Part shown: positions 37,808 to 47,342 of the stretch, in pieces
Numbering within the stretch: position 1 is the stretch's first letter
Layout: every line of letters begins with the position of its first letter
The notes under the pieces: generated by a model
The model's database searches: none
Told to the model about the DNA's origin: nothing
What the model saw: only the letters and a program-made list of their open reading frames with translations
Translations under genes and position numbers: made by a program
Assembly (NCBI GenBank): GCA_003569205.1
Contig: BGOK01000005.1
Coordinates: 57,716 to 121,715 of the forward strand
Direction of reading: 5' to 3'
Length of the DNA: 64,000 nt
Source of the DNA: Verrucomicrobiota bacterium
Lineage (GTDB): Bacteria > Verrucomicrobiota > Verrucomicrobiia > Opitutales > UBA953

Positions 37808-38662
37808 ATGCTTTGCACCGTTCTACCCATCGTCCTGGCAGCCGAGACCGAAAAGGGCGCCCTCTGGTATTTCCGTCAGATGGACAGCGCTGGTTTGGCC
37901 GTCGCCGCTGTCCTTGTCATCTGTTCCTTCATTGGTTGGGGTGCGATGATCCAGAAGTGGTCCGATGTCCAAGAGCTCCGTCGTCGCAATCACGGCTTTG
38001 ACCGTCGCCTCCGTGATCAACACTCCGTGATCGCGCTCAATTTTCCGGGCAGTGGTAATCTTTGCCCTTATGAATTCCTCGTGGCCGAGGCCGTCTCCGC
38101 GGTGCAGCGTCACAAGGGCCGCTTAGTCCGCCAGTCCGATGTGCGTCTCTGTATGGGGCACGTCGAGAATGCGCTGCAGCGTGGACTCTCCCGTACGATG
38201 GTGAAGTACGAAGACAAGATGGTCATCTTGAGTTCGCTCGTTTCGGGCGGTCCTTTCTTAGGCCTGTTGGGAACGGTGTGGGGCGTTATGGTGACGTTCG
38301 GTGCCTTGACCGAAAAGGCCAGCATCGCGCAGCTCGCTCCGGGCGTGTGCGGTGCATTAGTGACCACCACCCTCGGGCTACTCGTCGCCATCCCGGCGAC
38401 CTTCGGCTACAACTATTTGCTGACGCAGGTGAAGATCATGAGCACCGAGCTTGAGAATTTTGCCAGCACCTTGGCCGACCGCGTCGAACTCGAACTCGAA
38501 GCCGAGGCCCGCCTGAACTACGAACAACAACAGCAGCGCGAGCTGCTGCGCCGCGCAGTCGCCCAAGCTGCCGCGGTCTCCGCCCCGGCGAGCACTGCAC
38601 CCGTGCCCGCCGCTGAGCCTGCCGCTCCTGGGGAATTGCCGGGTTGGGAAGACGCCCAGTAA
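37808..38662 (+). CDS. MotA/TolQ/ExbB proton-channel family protein
   Basis: LGLLGTVWGVMVTF...GVCGALVTTTLGLLVAIPA, with a long charged C-terminal extension. Confidence 0.8.
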   Translation: MLCTVLPIVLAAETEKGALWYFRQMDSAGLAVAAVLVICSFIGWGAMIQKWSDVQELRRRNHGFDRRLRDQHSVIALNFPGSGNLCPYEFLVAEAVSAVQRHKGRLVRQSDVRLCMGHVENALQRGLSRTMVKYEDKMVILSSLVSGGPFLGLLGTVWGVMVTFGALTEKASIAQLAPGVCGALVTTTLGLLVAIPATFGYNYLLTQVKIMSTELENFASTLADRVELELEAEARLNYEQQQQRELLRRAVAQAAAVSAPASTAPVPAAEPAAPGELPGWEDAQ

Positions 38663-38664
38663 CC

Positions 38665-39090
38665 ATGGCCCGTTCTTTTTCCAAGCAGTCTCGTCTGCAC
38701 GTCATCAGCGAGCTGAACGTCACGCCGATGCTCGACCTCTGCTTCGTGCTCCTGATCATTTTCATGATTGCCACGCCCGTGCTGGAGCAGACGACTGCCA
38801 TTAATTTGCCGAAATCCGATAAGGGCGTGGGCAAGGCGGCTGAATCCAAGACGCAGTACCGCTTTGTAACCATCGGTGCTGACGGTGGCCTGGCCATCGG
38901 TAACCGCGCCGTCAATCGGCAGCAGTTGGAGGCGGAGTTTGCCCAGATTGCCGCCATGCCTGAAGCGGATCAGCCCATCATCCGCGTCCGTGGCGATGGT
39001 GGCCTGGCCTATCAGAAAATTATCGACGTCCTCTCGTTGGCTAAATCTAAAGGGCTGACCAAGGTCGGCCTTGACTCGGAGATTCGCTAA
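38665..39090 (+). CDS. ExbD/TolR biopolymer transport protein
   Basis: ELNVTPMLDLCFVLLIIFMI, a periplasmic domain, and ...IIRVRGDGGLAYQKIIDVLSLAKSKGL. Confidence 0.8.
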   Translation: MARSFSKQSRLHVISELNVTPMLDLCFVLLIIFMIATPVLEQTTAINLPKSDKGVGKAAESKTQYRFVTIGADGGLAIGNRAVNRQQLEAEFAQIAAMPEADQPIIRVRGDGGLAYQKIIDVLSLAKSKGLTKVGLDSEIR

Positions 39091-39091
39091 C

Positions 39092-39895
39092 ATGGCTGAA
39101 GGCAGCAAAGGCATCATCGGTTCCATTGCGGTCCACCTCGGCATCGTCGCTGTGCTGGTCGGGGCGTCGTGGTTTGCTGCCCGCTACACGGGTGAACCAA
39201 TCGAGGCCACGGACATCTTACTGGTGAACTTGGATGGGATTCCCGGCCGTAAGGCTGGCTTAGTCGGCGAGAAGGCGGGCGTCGCCCGTGGTCATGAATC
39301 CGGCACCCAGAGCGGTATCAAGATTGTTAAGATTAAGCCCCTCGATGTGGAGAAGATCAAAGAGGAAGCCCGCGAAGCGCAGGCACAGGCCAATGCGGAG
39401 CGTTCCAACGCGAAGGCGGACAACGCCAAGACGAGCAAGACCACCACCTCGGGTGCGACCACGAGCCGCACGACCTTCAGTGATTTTCAAAGTAAACAAA
39501 AGGGCGGCACGGGGCGTTCCACTGGTTCCGTCGGCTCCGTTGGCAGCGTCAGCATCAAGAAGGGTCGTAACTACGGGGAAGGAAATAACGGCGGCGACGG
39601 TGGGAGCGCTTCCGAACAGCAAATCTACGCCGGCACCGTGACGGCGCGTTTTAAGTCGGCCTGGGCCGACATTATCGCTTCAGACGGTGCGGCTTCGGCC
39701 GCCACCTGTGGCGTAGTCGTCAAGGTCGACGCCAGTGGCACGGTTAATTTTGCTTCGTGGATTAATCGTCCGAAGGACGCTCATGTCGCTGAGCTCGTGA
39801 AGCGTGCCTGTGCCCAAATCGGCAACTGTGGTCCGCCCCCCGGGCGCACGGCCTTCGAAATCGAGTTCCCGAACGTCGGTGTGTCCGAAGGTTGA
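39092..39895 (+). CDS. TonB/TolA-like membrane-anchored protein
   Basis: N-terminal anchor GSIAVHLGIVAVLV, a charged/low-complexity linker, and a C-terminal ~90-aa domain (YAGTVTARFKSAW...VVVKVDASGTV...FEIEF). Start is 1 nt after the exbD/tolR stop. Confidence 0.5.
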   Translation: MAEGSKGIIGSIAVHLGIVAVLVGASWFAARYTGEPIEATDILLVNLDGIPGRKAGLVGEKAGVARGHESGTQSGIKIVKIKPLDVEKIKEEAREAQAQANAERSNAKADNAKTSKTTTSGATTSRTTFSDFQSKQKGGTGRSTGSVGSVGSVSIKKGRNYGEGNNGGDGGSASEQQIYAGTVTARFKSAWADIIASDGAASAATCGVVVKVDASGTVNFASWINRPKDAHVAELVKRACAQIGNCGPPPGRTAFEIEFPNVGVSEG

Positions 39896-39901
39896 AGCCG
39901 C

Positions 39902-40363
39902 TTAGTCGCGGACTTCGAGGACCATCTGGACCTCGACGGAGACACCCAGAGGTAGCCCGTTGACTGATACGGCGGCCCGGGCGTGTTTGCCCGCGTCGCC
40001 GAAGACTTGCAGGAGGAATTCCGAAGCGCCGTTCAGAACCTTGGGGCTATCGCTAAAGCCATCGATGCCGTTGACGAAGCCGTTGACCATCACGACGCGC
40101 ACGACCTTGTCCAGTGAGCCTAAAGCCGCCTTGGCGTTGGCCAGGGAGTTGAGCGTGCAGAGGCGGGCGGCTTCTGCCGCTTGCGCGAGGTCGATTTCGC
40201 GCCCGACTTTGCCGAGCGAGGCCACTTTGCCATCCTTCATGGGCAACGTGCCCGCGAGGTAGAGTAAGTTACCCGTGCGCACAGCGGGGACGTAAGCACC
40301 CGCGGCGGGCGGCGGCGTGGGGAGCACAATGCCGAGTTCGGCAAGGCGGGATTCGTGAGACAT
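39902..40363 (-). CDS. RidA/YjgF/L-PSP family enamine-imine deaminase
   Basis: ...GNLLYLAGTLPM...VRVVMVNGFVN...ARAAVSVNGLPLGVSVEVQMVLEV. Confidence 0.8.
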   Translation of the reverse strand: MSHESRLAELGIVLPTPPPAAGAYVPAVRTGNLLYLAGTLPMKDGKVASLGKVGREIDLAQAAEAARLCTLNSLANAKAALGSLDKVVRVVMVNGFVNGIDGFSDSPKVLNGASEFLLQVFGDAGKHARAAVSVNGLPLGVSVEVQMVLEVRD

Positions 40364-40454
40364 AAAGGTTAACGGTATTGGGGCCAACGGGTGCGACGGG
40401 GCGCACCTTCCCCGTGAAATTATTCGAAGAGTTAGCGGAGACGCGAAAGGGCGC

Positions 40455-40973
40455 TCACTTAACCTTCTTCATGCCTTCGATGAGCTCGCTGACGAGTTCC
40501 CGGGAGCGACCCTTGATTTCCTTGGTCAGCGTGGCGTCGGACGACCCGACAGCTTTCTTGGTCTGGACGTAGGTCTGGGCGAGGACGGGTTCGCGATTAC
40601 GCGTAATGGTAGCGTTATCGCGGATGAAAAGCGTCACGTCGGCTGCATAGCGGCCGAGGCCACGGTCGAAACGGATCTCAACGGTTAAGAGCGGGGTCGA
40701 AGCTTCGGGGTTCGTGCCATTGTATTCTTTCGGCGTAATGCCCGCACGGCGCATTTCCAGCTCGATCCCATCGCGGAGTTCCTGACGGAGGTCGCCATCT
40801 TCGGGGCGCGGGTCGACGGTGATGACGTCGATGAAGAAGTAGGAGATGCCGCGCAGTTTAGAGAACGGGTTGTCGGCTAAGCGGACCTTGGCTGGGTCGT
40901 CCAAGCCTTGAGACTGGAGGCTGCCGGTGGCGATGGTCAGCAGGGCGGCGAGGGCGAGGGCGGGAAGGCGCAT
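40455..40973 (-). CDS. Hypothetical secreted protein
   Basis: Signal peptide MRLPALALAALLTIATGSLQS; 172 aa; no motif recognised. Confidence 0.4.
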   Translation of the reverse strand: MRLPALALAALLTIATGSLQSQGLDDPAKVRLADNPFSKLRGISYFFIDVITVDPRPEDGDLRQELRDGIELEMRRAGITPKEYNGTNPEASTPLLTVEIRFDRGLGRYAADVTLFIRDNATITRNREPVLAQTYVQTKKAVGSSDATLTKEIKGRSRELVSELIEGMKKVK

Positions 40974-41017
40974 GTTATTTTAAGGTAGGTTTAAGTGTGC
41001 CGGCCCTCGGGCGGGCT

Positions 41018-42669
41018 TCAATCTCCTTTCACCGGTACCAGTTTCACGCGGTTCAGGGGGTGCTGGTCGAGGAGGGTGGGGTACCAGCCTTGGACCTCTG
41101 GGCGGATCAGGAACTTATTCTTATTAAAGACTACCGGGATGACGGGGGCCCCTTCAATCAAGCGTTGTTCGGCCTGCTGGAAGAATTCGTAGCGTTTGGT
41201 CTGGTCAATTTCGCGGGCAGCGGCGCCGATGAGCCGGTCGTATTCGGGGTCGCTCCAGTTGGTCTGGTTGAGCTCATTGCCGGTGATGAACATCTCCAAG
41301 AATGTATTGGGGTCGTTGTAGTCACCGCTCCAAGCCGACCGAGCAATCTGGTACTCCCCCTTGTGCAGGGAGCGGAGGTAGACCTTCCAGTCGAGGTTGC
41401 GGAGTTCGATCTCCACCCCGAGCTGCTTGCGCCACATTTCTTGGTAGGCCTGCGCGGCCATCTGGGAACCTTCGGAAGTGTTTAGGAGGTATTCCAGTTT
41501 AGGGAAACCTTGGCCGCCCGGATAGCCCGCCTCGGCGAGTAAGCGTCGCGCCTCGTTGAGGTCCGTACTCCACTGGGGGCGGGACTTGAAGCCGCCCGTG
41601 CCTGGGGGCGTCATGTTAAGGGCGGGGGTTTCGCCCGCCCGCAGGACGCGTTCAGCGATGAGGTTCCGGTCAATGGACATGCCCAGTGCCCGGCGGACGC
41701 GGACATCGGCCAAGGCCTTGCGCACGGGCTCGTTGCCTTTGACGTCGGTGTTGATGCGGATGAACGCGCAGGAGAGGTAAGGGTCGAGACGGAGGAATGG
41801 GGCCTTTTGTTCGCGGAGCTGGACAATCTTGTAGGGCGGTACCGTGCCAGTGATGTGGAGCTCGCCGCCGCGGAAGGCGCGTTCTTCAGCAAAGAGGTCG
41901 GTGATGGCACGGAACTCCACGCCGTTCAGTGTGACGTTAGCGGCGTCCCAATAGCCAGGGTTCTTGCGGACGATGATGCGGCGAGCGACGGCCCACGATT
42001 CCAGCGTGAAAGCGCCGTTGCCGACGAGGTTACCGGGGCGGGTCCAGAGCGTATGCATTTCCTCCATCTGCCCAAACTTCAGGATGGTCGGTGGGTGGAC
42101 GGGCAACCAGCTGTGGTGGCAGATGAGCTGGAGGAAGTAAGGGACGGAATTGTCGAGCTCGATGACGAGCGTGCGTGCATCGGTGGCCTTGAAGCCGACC
42201 TGCTGGAAGTCCTTGAGTTTGCCTTCGTTGAAGTTTTTGGCGCCACGGACGCAGTGCAGCATCGACGAGTATTCGGCTCCGAACTTCGGCGAGAGCATGC
42301 GTTGGAAACTGAACAGGAAGTCCTGCGCTGTCACGGGGTCGCCGGTGGACCAGCGGGCGTTGGCCCGAAGTTTAAAGGTCCAGGTCTTGCCATCGGCGCC
42401 ATCGTCCAGCTTTCCGCCACTCCGGGAATAGGGTGGAGGTCGACGGGATCATAGTTCACGAGGCCTTCGAAGAGGGAGTAGACGATGCGCGATTCCAGTA
42501 GGCCAGTGACCTCCTGCGGATCGAGGCCCGAGGGTTCGGCGTTATTGTTGATTACCAGGATGCCGGCCTTGGCCATCTGGGCGGCAGTGTCTTCTTTCGG
42601 CTTACAGCCAACGAGGGCCACGAGGGCGGCGACGAGGGCGAGCGAGAGGCTTCGCGAGGGGCAACGCAT
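41018..42669 (-). pseudogene. ABC transporter substrate-binding protein, family 5 (peptide/nickel, DppA/OppA-like), one frameshift
   Basis: Lipoprotein-type signal ...LVALVGCKP. ...LFEGLVNYDP...PGVAE in ORF 42331-42669, then LDDGADGKTWTFKLRANARWSTGDPVTAQDFLFSFQRML... in the frame of ORF 41018-42334. The frames join near the T-run 42411-42413. Confidence 0.75.
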
Positions 42670-42764
42670 AGGGCGAGATTAGGTGGCTGCAGGCGGGGAG
42701 GGCAAGTGTGCGGGTGAAACCATTTTCCGCTTTCTCCCGCTAAATGAGCGACTAGCGTCGGGAC

Positions 42765-43280
42765 ATGCCCCTTCTGACTCGTCGTGATATCGTCTTGGTC
42801 GCCGTGACCGCCACCCTCTGCCTCGGTTTACCCGGCTTCATTGCCGCGGCCTCTCCCCCCGAACCTAAGTCGGCCAAGCCGCCGATGGGCTCGCTGGCTT
42901 TTGATTGGGAGAAGCTGGTTGTGAAGACCTCAGCGAACGGCGCTAGCCGCAAGGTCTGCCAAGCCCCGACGGCCACCCTCGACGAGCTTGAGTGTCATAT
43001 TACGACCCTCAACAAAGGCATCTCTGCCCACCCGCCGCATCGCCATGCCGACGAAGAACTCATCATCGTCAAGGAGGGCGTCGTTGAGGCCCTCGTCGCC
43101 GGCGAGTGGGTTAAGCTGGGTCCAGGCTCCGTCATCTTCCAGGCCGCTAATATCGACCACGCCATTCGTAACGCTGGGGAACAGCCGGCGACCTATCACG
43201 TGATCAAGTGGAACTCTCCAGGCATGTTGAAGGCGAAGGCCGAAGCGGCCGCCGCTGCCAAGGCAGCCGTTCAGAAGTAA
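42765..43280 (+). CDS. Exported cupin-domain protein
   Basis: A Tat-like or Sec signal (LTRRDIVLVAVTATLCLGLPGFIAAA), then a cupin_2 core HPPHRHADEELIIVKEG...GSVIFQAANIDHAIRN. Confidence 0.6.
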   Translation: MPLLTRRDIVLVAVTATLCLGLPGFIAAASPPEPKSAKPPMGSLAFDWEKLVVKTSANGASRKVCQAPTATLDELECHITTLNKGISAHPPHRHADEELIIVKEGVVEALVAGEWVKLGPGSVIFQAANIDHAIRNAGEQPATYHVIKWNSPGMLKAKAEAAAAAKAAVQK

Positions 43281-43304
43281 ACAGTCGGCACACTCGCCCA
43301 ACAG

Positions 43305-43329
43305 AAAGGGCGGCCGAAGCCGCCCTTTT
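43305..43329. terminator. Bidirectional rho-independent terminator between the cupin gene and glnB
   Basis: AAA-GGGCGGC-cgaa-GCCGCCC-TTTT (stems 43308-43314 and 43319-43325). Confidence 0.7.
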
Positions 43330-43351
43330 GTGTTCAACGTAGGTCTGGTAA

Positions 43352-43738
<387 letters not shown>

Positions 43739-43781
43739 TTATGCAACCCTCGTGCCAAGTGGGTTTGGCTATCCGCCATCC

Positions 43782-44432
43782 TTACGATTGGTTATTTTTG
43801 AGCAGGATGGCTCGGACCTCGGACAGTTTTTCAGCAGATTTAAGGCCTGGACTGATTTCTACGCCGCTATTGAGGTCTAAGAAGCGCGCTGAGGCCTGGA
43901 TGGCACTGGCCACGTTGGATGGGCCTAACCCCCCAGCGAGGACCCAAACGTGCTTAGCGTGGGTAGCCTGGAGGCTTTGGAAGCGGGTCCAGTCAGCCTG
44001 CTTGCCCGTCCCGCCAAAAGCCCCCTTGGCATGGGCATCATGGAGGCAGGTCTGGGAATATTTCAGCAGGTCGGTCGGCCAAGCTACGCCATCGGCGAGT
44101 TTGGGCGCCAACCAAAGGCGCGCAGGGCCCAGCGCCGCTGATAAGGCCGCCGGATCGCAATCGCGGGTGTCGGGGTCGAAATGGACTTGGACGATGGCAA
44201 AGCCTTCCGCCAGCAAGGCCTGGGCTTCGGTGACGGTCGGGTTAACGGTCACAGCAACGCGCTTTTCCACCGGGATCTCGCGGAGCAAAGCCGAACGGAG
44301 CGCCGCGTCCACATAGCGAGGCGAACCCGACCAGCAGTTCACGCCGAGGTAATCAGCGCCCAACGAAAGCACCACCGCTGCATCGGCCGCACGCGTAATG
44401 CCGCAGACTTTGACGGTGACGTTGCCAATCAT
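43782..44432 (-). CDS. trpF: Phosphoribosylanthranilate isomerase
   Basis: VKVCGITRAADA...GADYLGVN...; the ATG at 44432 overlaps the hemD stop. Confidence 0.8.
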   Translation of the reverse strand: MIGNVTVKVCGITRAADAAVVLSLGADYLGVNCWSGSPRYVDAALRSALLREIPVEKRVAVTVNPTVTEAQALLAEGFAIVQVHFDPDTRDCDPAALSAALGPARLWLAPKLADGVAWPTDLLKYSQTCLHDAHAKGAFGGTGKQADWTRFQSLQATHAKHVWVLAGGLGPSNVASAIQASARFLDLNSGVEISPGLKSAEKLSEVRAILLKNNQS

Positions 44433-45217
44433 GATTGCAGAGCGGTGATGACCGCATCGCACACGGCCTTCGCAGTCGGAGCGGTGGCGACGCCGGCTAA
44501 CGGAATGCCCGAACGCTTCATGGCGTCCGCGGTTGTCGCCCCAATGGCGATGGCTTTGGGCTGACGTGCCCCGGCCGCGGGTCGCAGCGAAGCCGCTTGG
44601 TGCATGAACGATTCGACGGCCGAGGGGCTGGCGAAGACAATCGCATCGGCGCCGCGCGCGCGGAATTCCGCGGCCTCCGGCGATTCCGTGACAGGCTTTT
44701 CTTCGGTCGAGTAGACCCGGAGGACGTCGACGATGGCGAGGCCATCTTCCATGAGAAGACGCGGGAGTTCGGCGGTGCTGAGGTTGCCTGCAGCGACGAG
44801 GATCTTCTGATTCTCGACGTTGAAGTCCGTAATCAGTTTGCGTGCCAATGAAACGGCATCGGCTTGGGCGGCGGTGAGGTCGGGTTCGAGGTGAAATGAA
44901 CGGACGGCTTTTTCGGTGGCCGGGCCGACGCAGGCAATCTTCACCCCGCCCACGGAACGGATGTCGGGAAAGCGTTCGAAGAAACGGTCGAAGAAGCCGC
45001 GGACGCCGTTCGGACTGGTGAAGACGAGCCAGTCGTATTCGCCCATGCCATCAAGGACTTCGGTCAAGACGATGGCGTCGGGCTCAAAGGAAATCTCGAT
45101 GAGCGGGAGTTCGGCGACGGAAGCGCCCGCTTCCATGAGGTGGTCTTTCCAGTCCGTGCCGCGTCCTTCGGGGCGGGTGAGGACGACGTGGCGGTCGCGT
45201 AAGGGGAGCTTAGACAT
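44429..45217 (-). CDS. hemD: Uroporphyrinogen-III synthase
   Basis: ...VVLTRPEGRG...PLIEI...DWLVFTSPNGV...; it lies directly after hemC. Confidence 0.75.
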   Translation of the reverse strand: MSKLPLRDRHVVLTRPEGRGTDWKDHLMEAGASVAELPLIEISFEPDAIVLTEVLDGMGEYDWLVFTSPNGVRGFFDRFFERFPDIRSVGGVKIACVGPATEKAVRSFHLEPDLTAAQADAVSLARKLITDFNVENQKILVAAGNLSTAELPRLLMEDGLAIVDVLRVYSTEEKPVTESPEAAEFRARGADAIVFASPSAVESFMHQAASLRPAAGARQPKAIAIGATTADAMKRSGIPLAGVATAPTAKAVCDAVITALQS

Positions 45218-45219
45218 GT

Positions 45220-46074
45220 TCAGCGGGGCAAAATTTGGGCGAGGATGGAGTCGGCGAGGTCCGAGGCGGCAGCGAGGTCGGTCACCGCAAAGTCGAAGTC
45301 GCAGCGACCGAAGTCGGCGCGGAAAAGTGCGATCCGATTATTCGCATGATAGCAGGCGAAGGCGGTGTGGCAACCTTCACCGAGCTTGGCGAGGAAGAGC
45401 CTTTCGACGCTAACGGAGAAAGTCGTCTGGGCGCAGCCAGCTGCGATGTACTGTGCGACTTCTGCGCTACGGCTCTGGATGGCGACGGCGCCTTGACCAG
45501 CCGCCGGAACCATGCGGTCGAGCGCAACGGGTTCTAGGACCAGCCCAGGCCACTCGGTGATGCCGAGGCGATTCAGGCCGGAGGCAGCAAGGTAAGAGGC
45601 GTCGGCATCACCGTTGGCGAGCTTCTTGAGACGGGTGTCGACGTTGCCGCGGAGTTCGGTCCACTGGGCCTGCGGAAAGGTGAGGGCGCCTTGGGCGCGT
45701 CGACGCGGGCTGCCGGTGGCGATGAGTTTCGGGGTCGCCACGTCGGCCCGACGGACGAGAACATCGCGCGCGTCTTGGCGCGGTAGGCATGCCGCGATGG
45801 CGAGACCTGCGGGCATTTCGGTCGGCAGGTCCTTGGAGCTGTGGATGGCCAGGTCGGCTTCGCCCCGGAGTAGGGCTTGTTCGAGTTCGGCGGTGAAGAG
45901 ACCCTTGCCGCCTTGCTTCTCTAAGGACCAAGCCGCTTGGCGGTCGCCCGTCGTGGTAAGGATGCGGACCTCCGTCGGGCGGCCTAAGGCGGCTTCGAGT
46001 CGCGCGGCGGCATCACGCGTTTGTTGAAGCGCTAGCGGACTACCGCGAGTGACGATGATGATCGGACCCGCCAT
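45220..46074 (-). CDS. hemC: Hydroxymethylbilane synthase (porphobilinogen deaminase)
   Basis: IIIVTRGSPLALQQT...TTGD...GKGLFTAELEQALL.GEADLAIHSSKDLP...RGNVDTRL. Confidence 0.85.
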   Translation of the reverse strand: MAGPIIIVTRGSPLALQQTRDAAARLEAALGRPTEVRILTTTGDRQAAWSLEKQGGKGLFTAELEQALLRGEADLAIHSSKDLPTEMPAGLAIAACLPRQDARDVLVRRADVATPKLIATGSPRRRAQGALTFPQAQWTELRGNVDTRLKKLANGDADASYLAASGLNRLGITEWPGLVLEPVALDRMVPAAGQGAVAIQSRSAEVAQYIAAGCAQTTFSVSVERLFLAKLGEGCHTAFACYHANNRIALFRADFGRCDFDFAVTDLAAASDLADSILAQILPR

Positions 46075-46076
46075 GA

Positions 46077-46466
46077 TCAGAACCCAATGACACCGGCCTT
46101 CATGAGTGCCATGACGAGCCAAGCGGTGGGGACGAGTAGGTTAGCCGTCAGCGTGACGGTGGCGGCGATGCGTATCCAATCCCAAACCCGGTCTTGTCCG
46201 CCCAAGTAAGCGCAGATGGCGCCGGCAAAGGCGGTGGGGATGCCAATCCAGATGCCGACGGTGATGTCGCGGGCAAAGGGGTCCTTGACGTAGTCGAGGT
46301 AGACGAGCCCGCCCTTACGGCTCATCACGAACGCGGCGGCGAAAGCGCCCACGCCGATGAGCACGGCCAGAATCTGGATGAGGCGGTAACCGCCGTTCTC
46401 TTCTTCTCGGTTGGACGTCATGACGCCCTTATCCAAGTCCCCCTCGGTGGGACTTCCAAGTTTCAA
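46077..46466 (-). CDS. Hypothetical small membrane protein
   Basis: 129 aa, 3-4 TM, wedged between the desaturase-family gene and hemC with a 4-nt overlap. Start is uncertain. Confidence 0.35.
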   Translation of the reverse strand: MKLGSPTEGDLDKGVMTSNREEENGGYRLIQILAVLIGVGAFAAAFVMSRKGGLVYLDYVKDPFARDITVGIWIGIPTAFAGAICAYLGGQDRVWDWIRIAATVTLTANLLVPTAWLVMALMKAGVIGF

Positions 46467-47332
46467 GTTTCTGGCTCAGTGGATTTGTCGGGCGTCTGTC
46501 TAGGTAAAGGCGACGGCGTGGACGGATTTTGCCCGAAGCCCGCCGAGCTGGGCTTGAAGGGGTGCTTCAGTAAGCCGATGACGGTATGCTCGACGGGTTC
46601 GTGGATGCCGAAGTCCTCCGGCTTACGGCCCTTCGGCATGTAGTGAGTGCCGAAGAGGATATCCCAGAGGGGCAGGAAGCTGGCGAAGTTCTTGTCGATG
46701 GCCGCCGGGTCCTTGGAGTGGTGCCAGCGGTGGTAGACTGGCGAGGCGATGACGTGACGAAACGGACCCCAATCCCATTCGACGTCGGCATGGCCGAGCA
46801 GCGCGAAGATACCGATCGCAGGTCCGGCTCCCGCTGCGGCACTTGGTCCGAAGCCGAGGAGTAGGAAGGGGAATAAGAGCATCGCGTTGGCGACGATGTC
46901 ATTGATGGGGTGCCCCCGCACGCTGCTCAGCCAATCAAGTTTTTCCGAGCTATGGTGTACCGCGTGGAAGCGCCAGAGCTGCTTGCCGTGGAACCAGCGA
47001 TGAATCCAATACAGCAGGAAGTCGCCCAGCAGGAAGGCGGCAAGGAACTGGCCCCAACCTGGTAGCCGTGAGAGTGGCCCGAAGCCTTGGTACTCGCCCG
47101 CCTTAAGCGCTTCCCATGAGATTACACCTGCGGCTATTAGGAACACCACGGCCGCCACGCTGATTACCACAATGTTAATCGGCTTCGTGATGAAGGTGTC
47201 GAACACGTAGAGACCCAGGTCGACAAGCATGCGCGGACGTCGCCACGGCAGGCCCCGCTTATTACCAAGGACGTGCTCGACGACCCAGAAGAGGCCGACC
47301 AGGAAAATGAGTGATACAATCAGGCTACCCAT
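46463..47332 (-). CDS. Fatty acid hydroxylase / sterol desaturase family membrane di-iron protein
   Basis: Histidine boxes HRWFH, HAVHHS and HRWHHS. Confidence 0.75.
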   Translation of the reverse strand: MGSLIVSLIFLVGLFWVVEHVLGNKRGLPWRRPRMLVDLGLYVFDTFITKPINIVVISVAAVVFLIAAGVISWEALKAGEYQGFGPLSRLPGWGQFLAAFLLGDFLLYWIHRWFHGKQLWRFHAVHHSSEKLDWLSSVRGHPINDIVANAMLLFPFLLLGFGPSAAAGAGPAIGIFALLGHADVEWDWGPFRHVIASPVYHRWHHSKDPAAIDKNFASFLPLWDILFGTHYMPKGRKPEDFGIHEPVEHTVIGLLKHPFKPSSAGFGQNPSTPSPLPRQTPDKSTEPET

Positions 47333-47342
47333 CGGTACTAGC

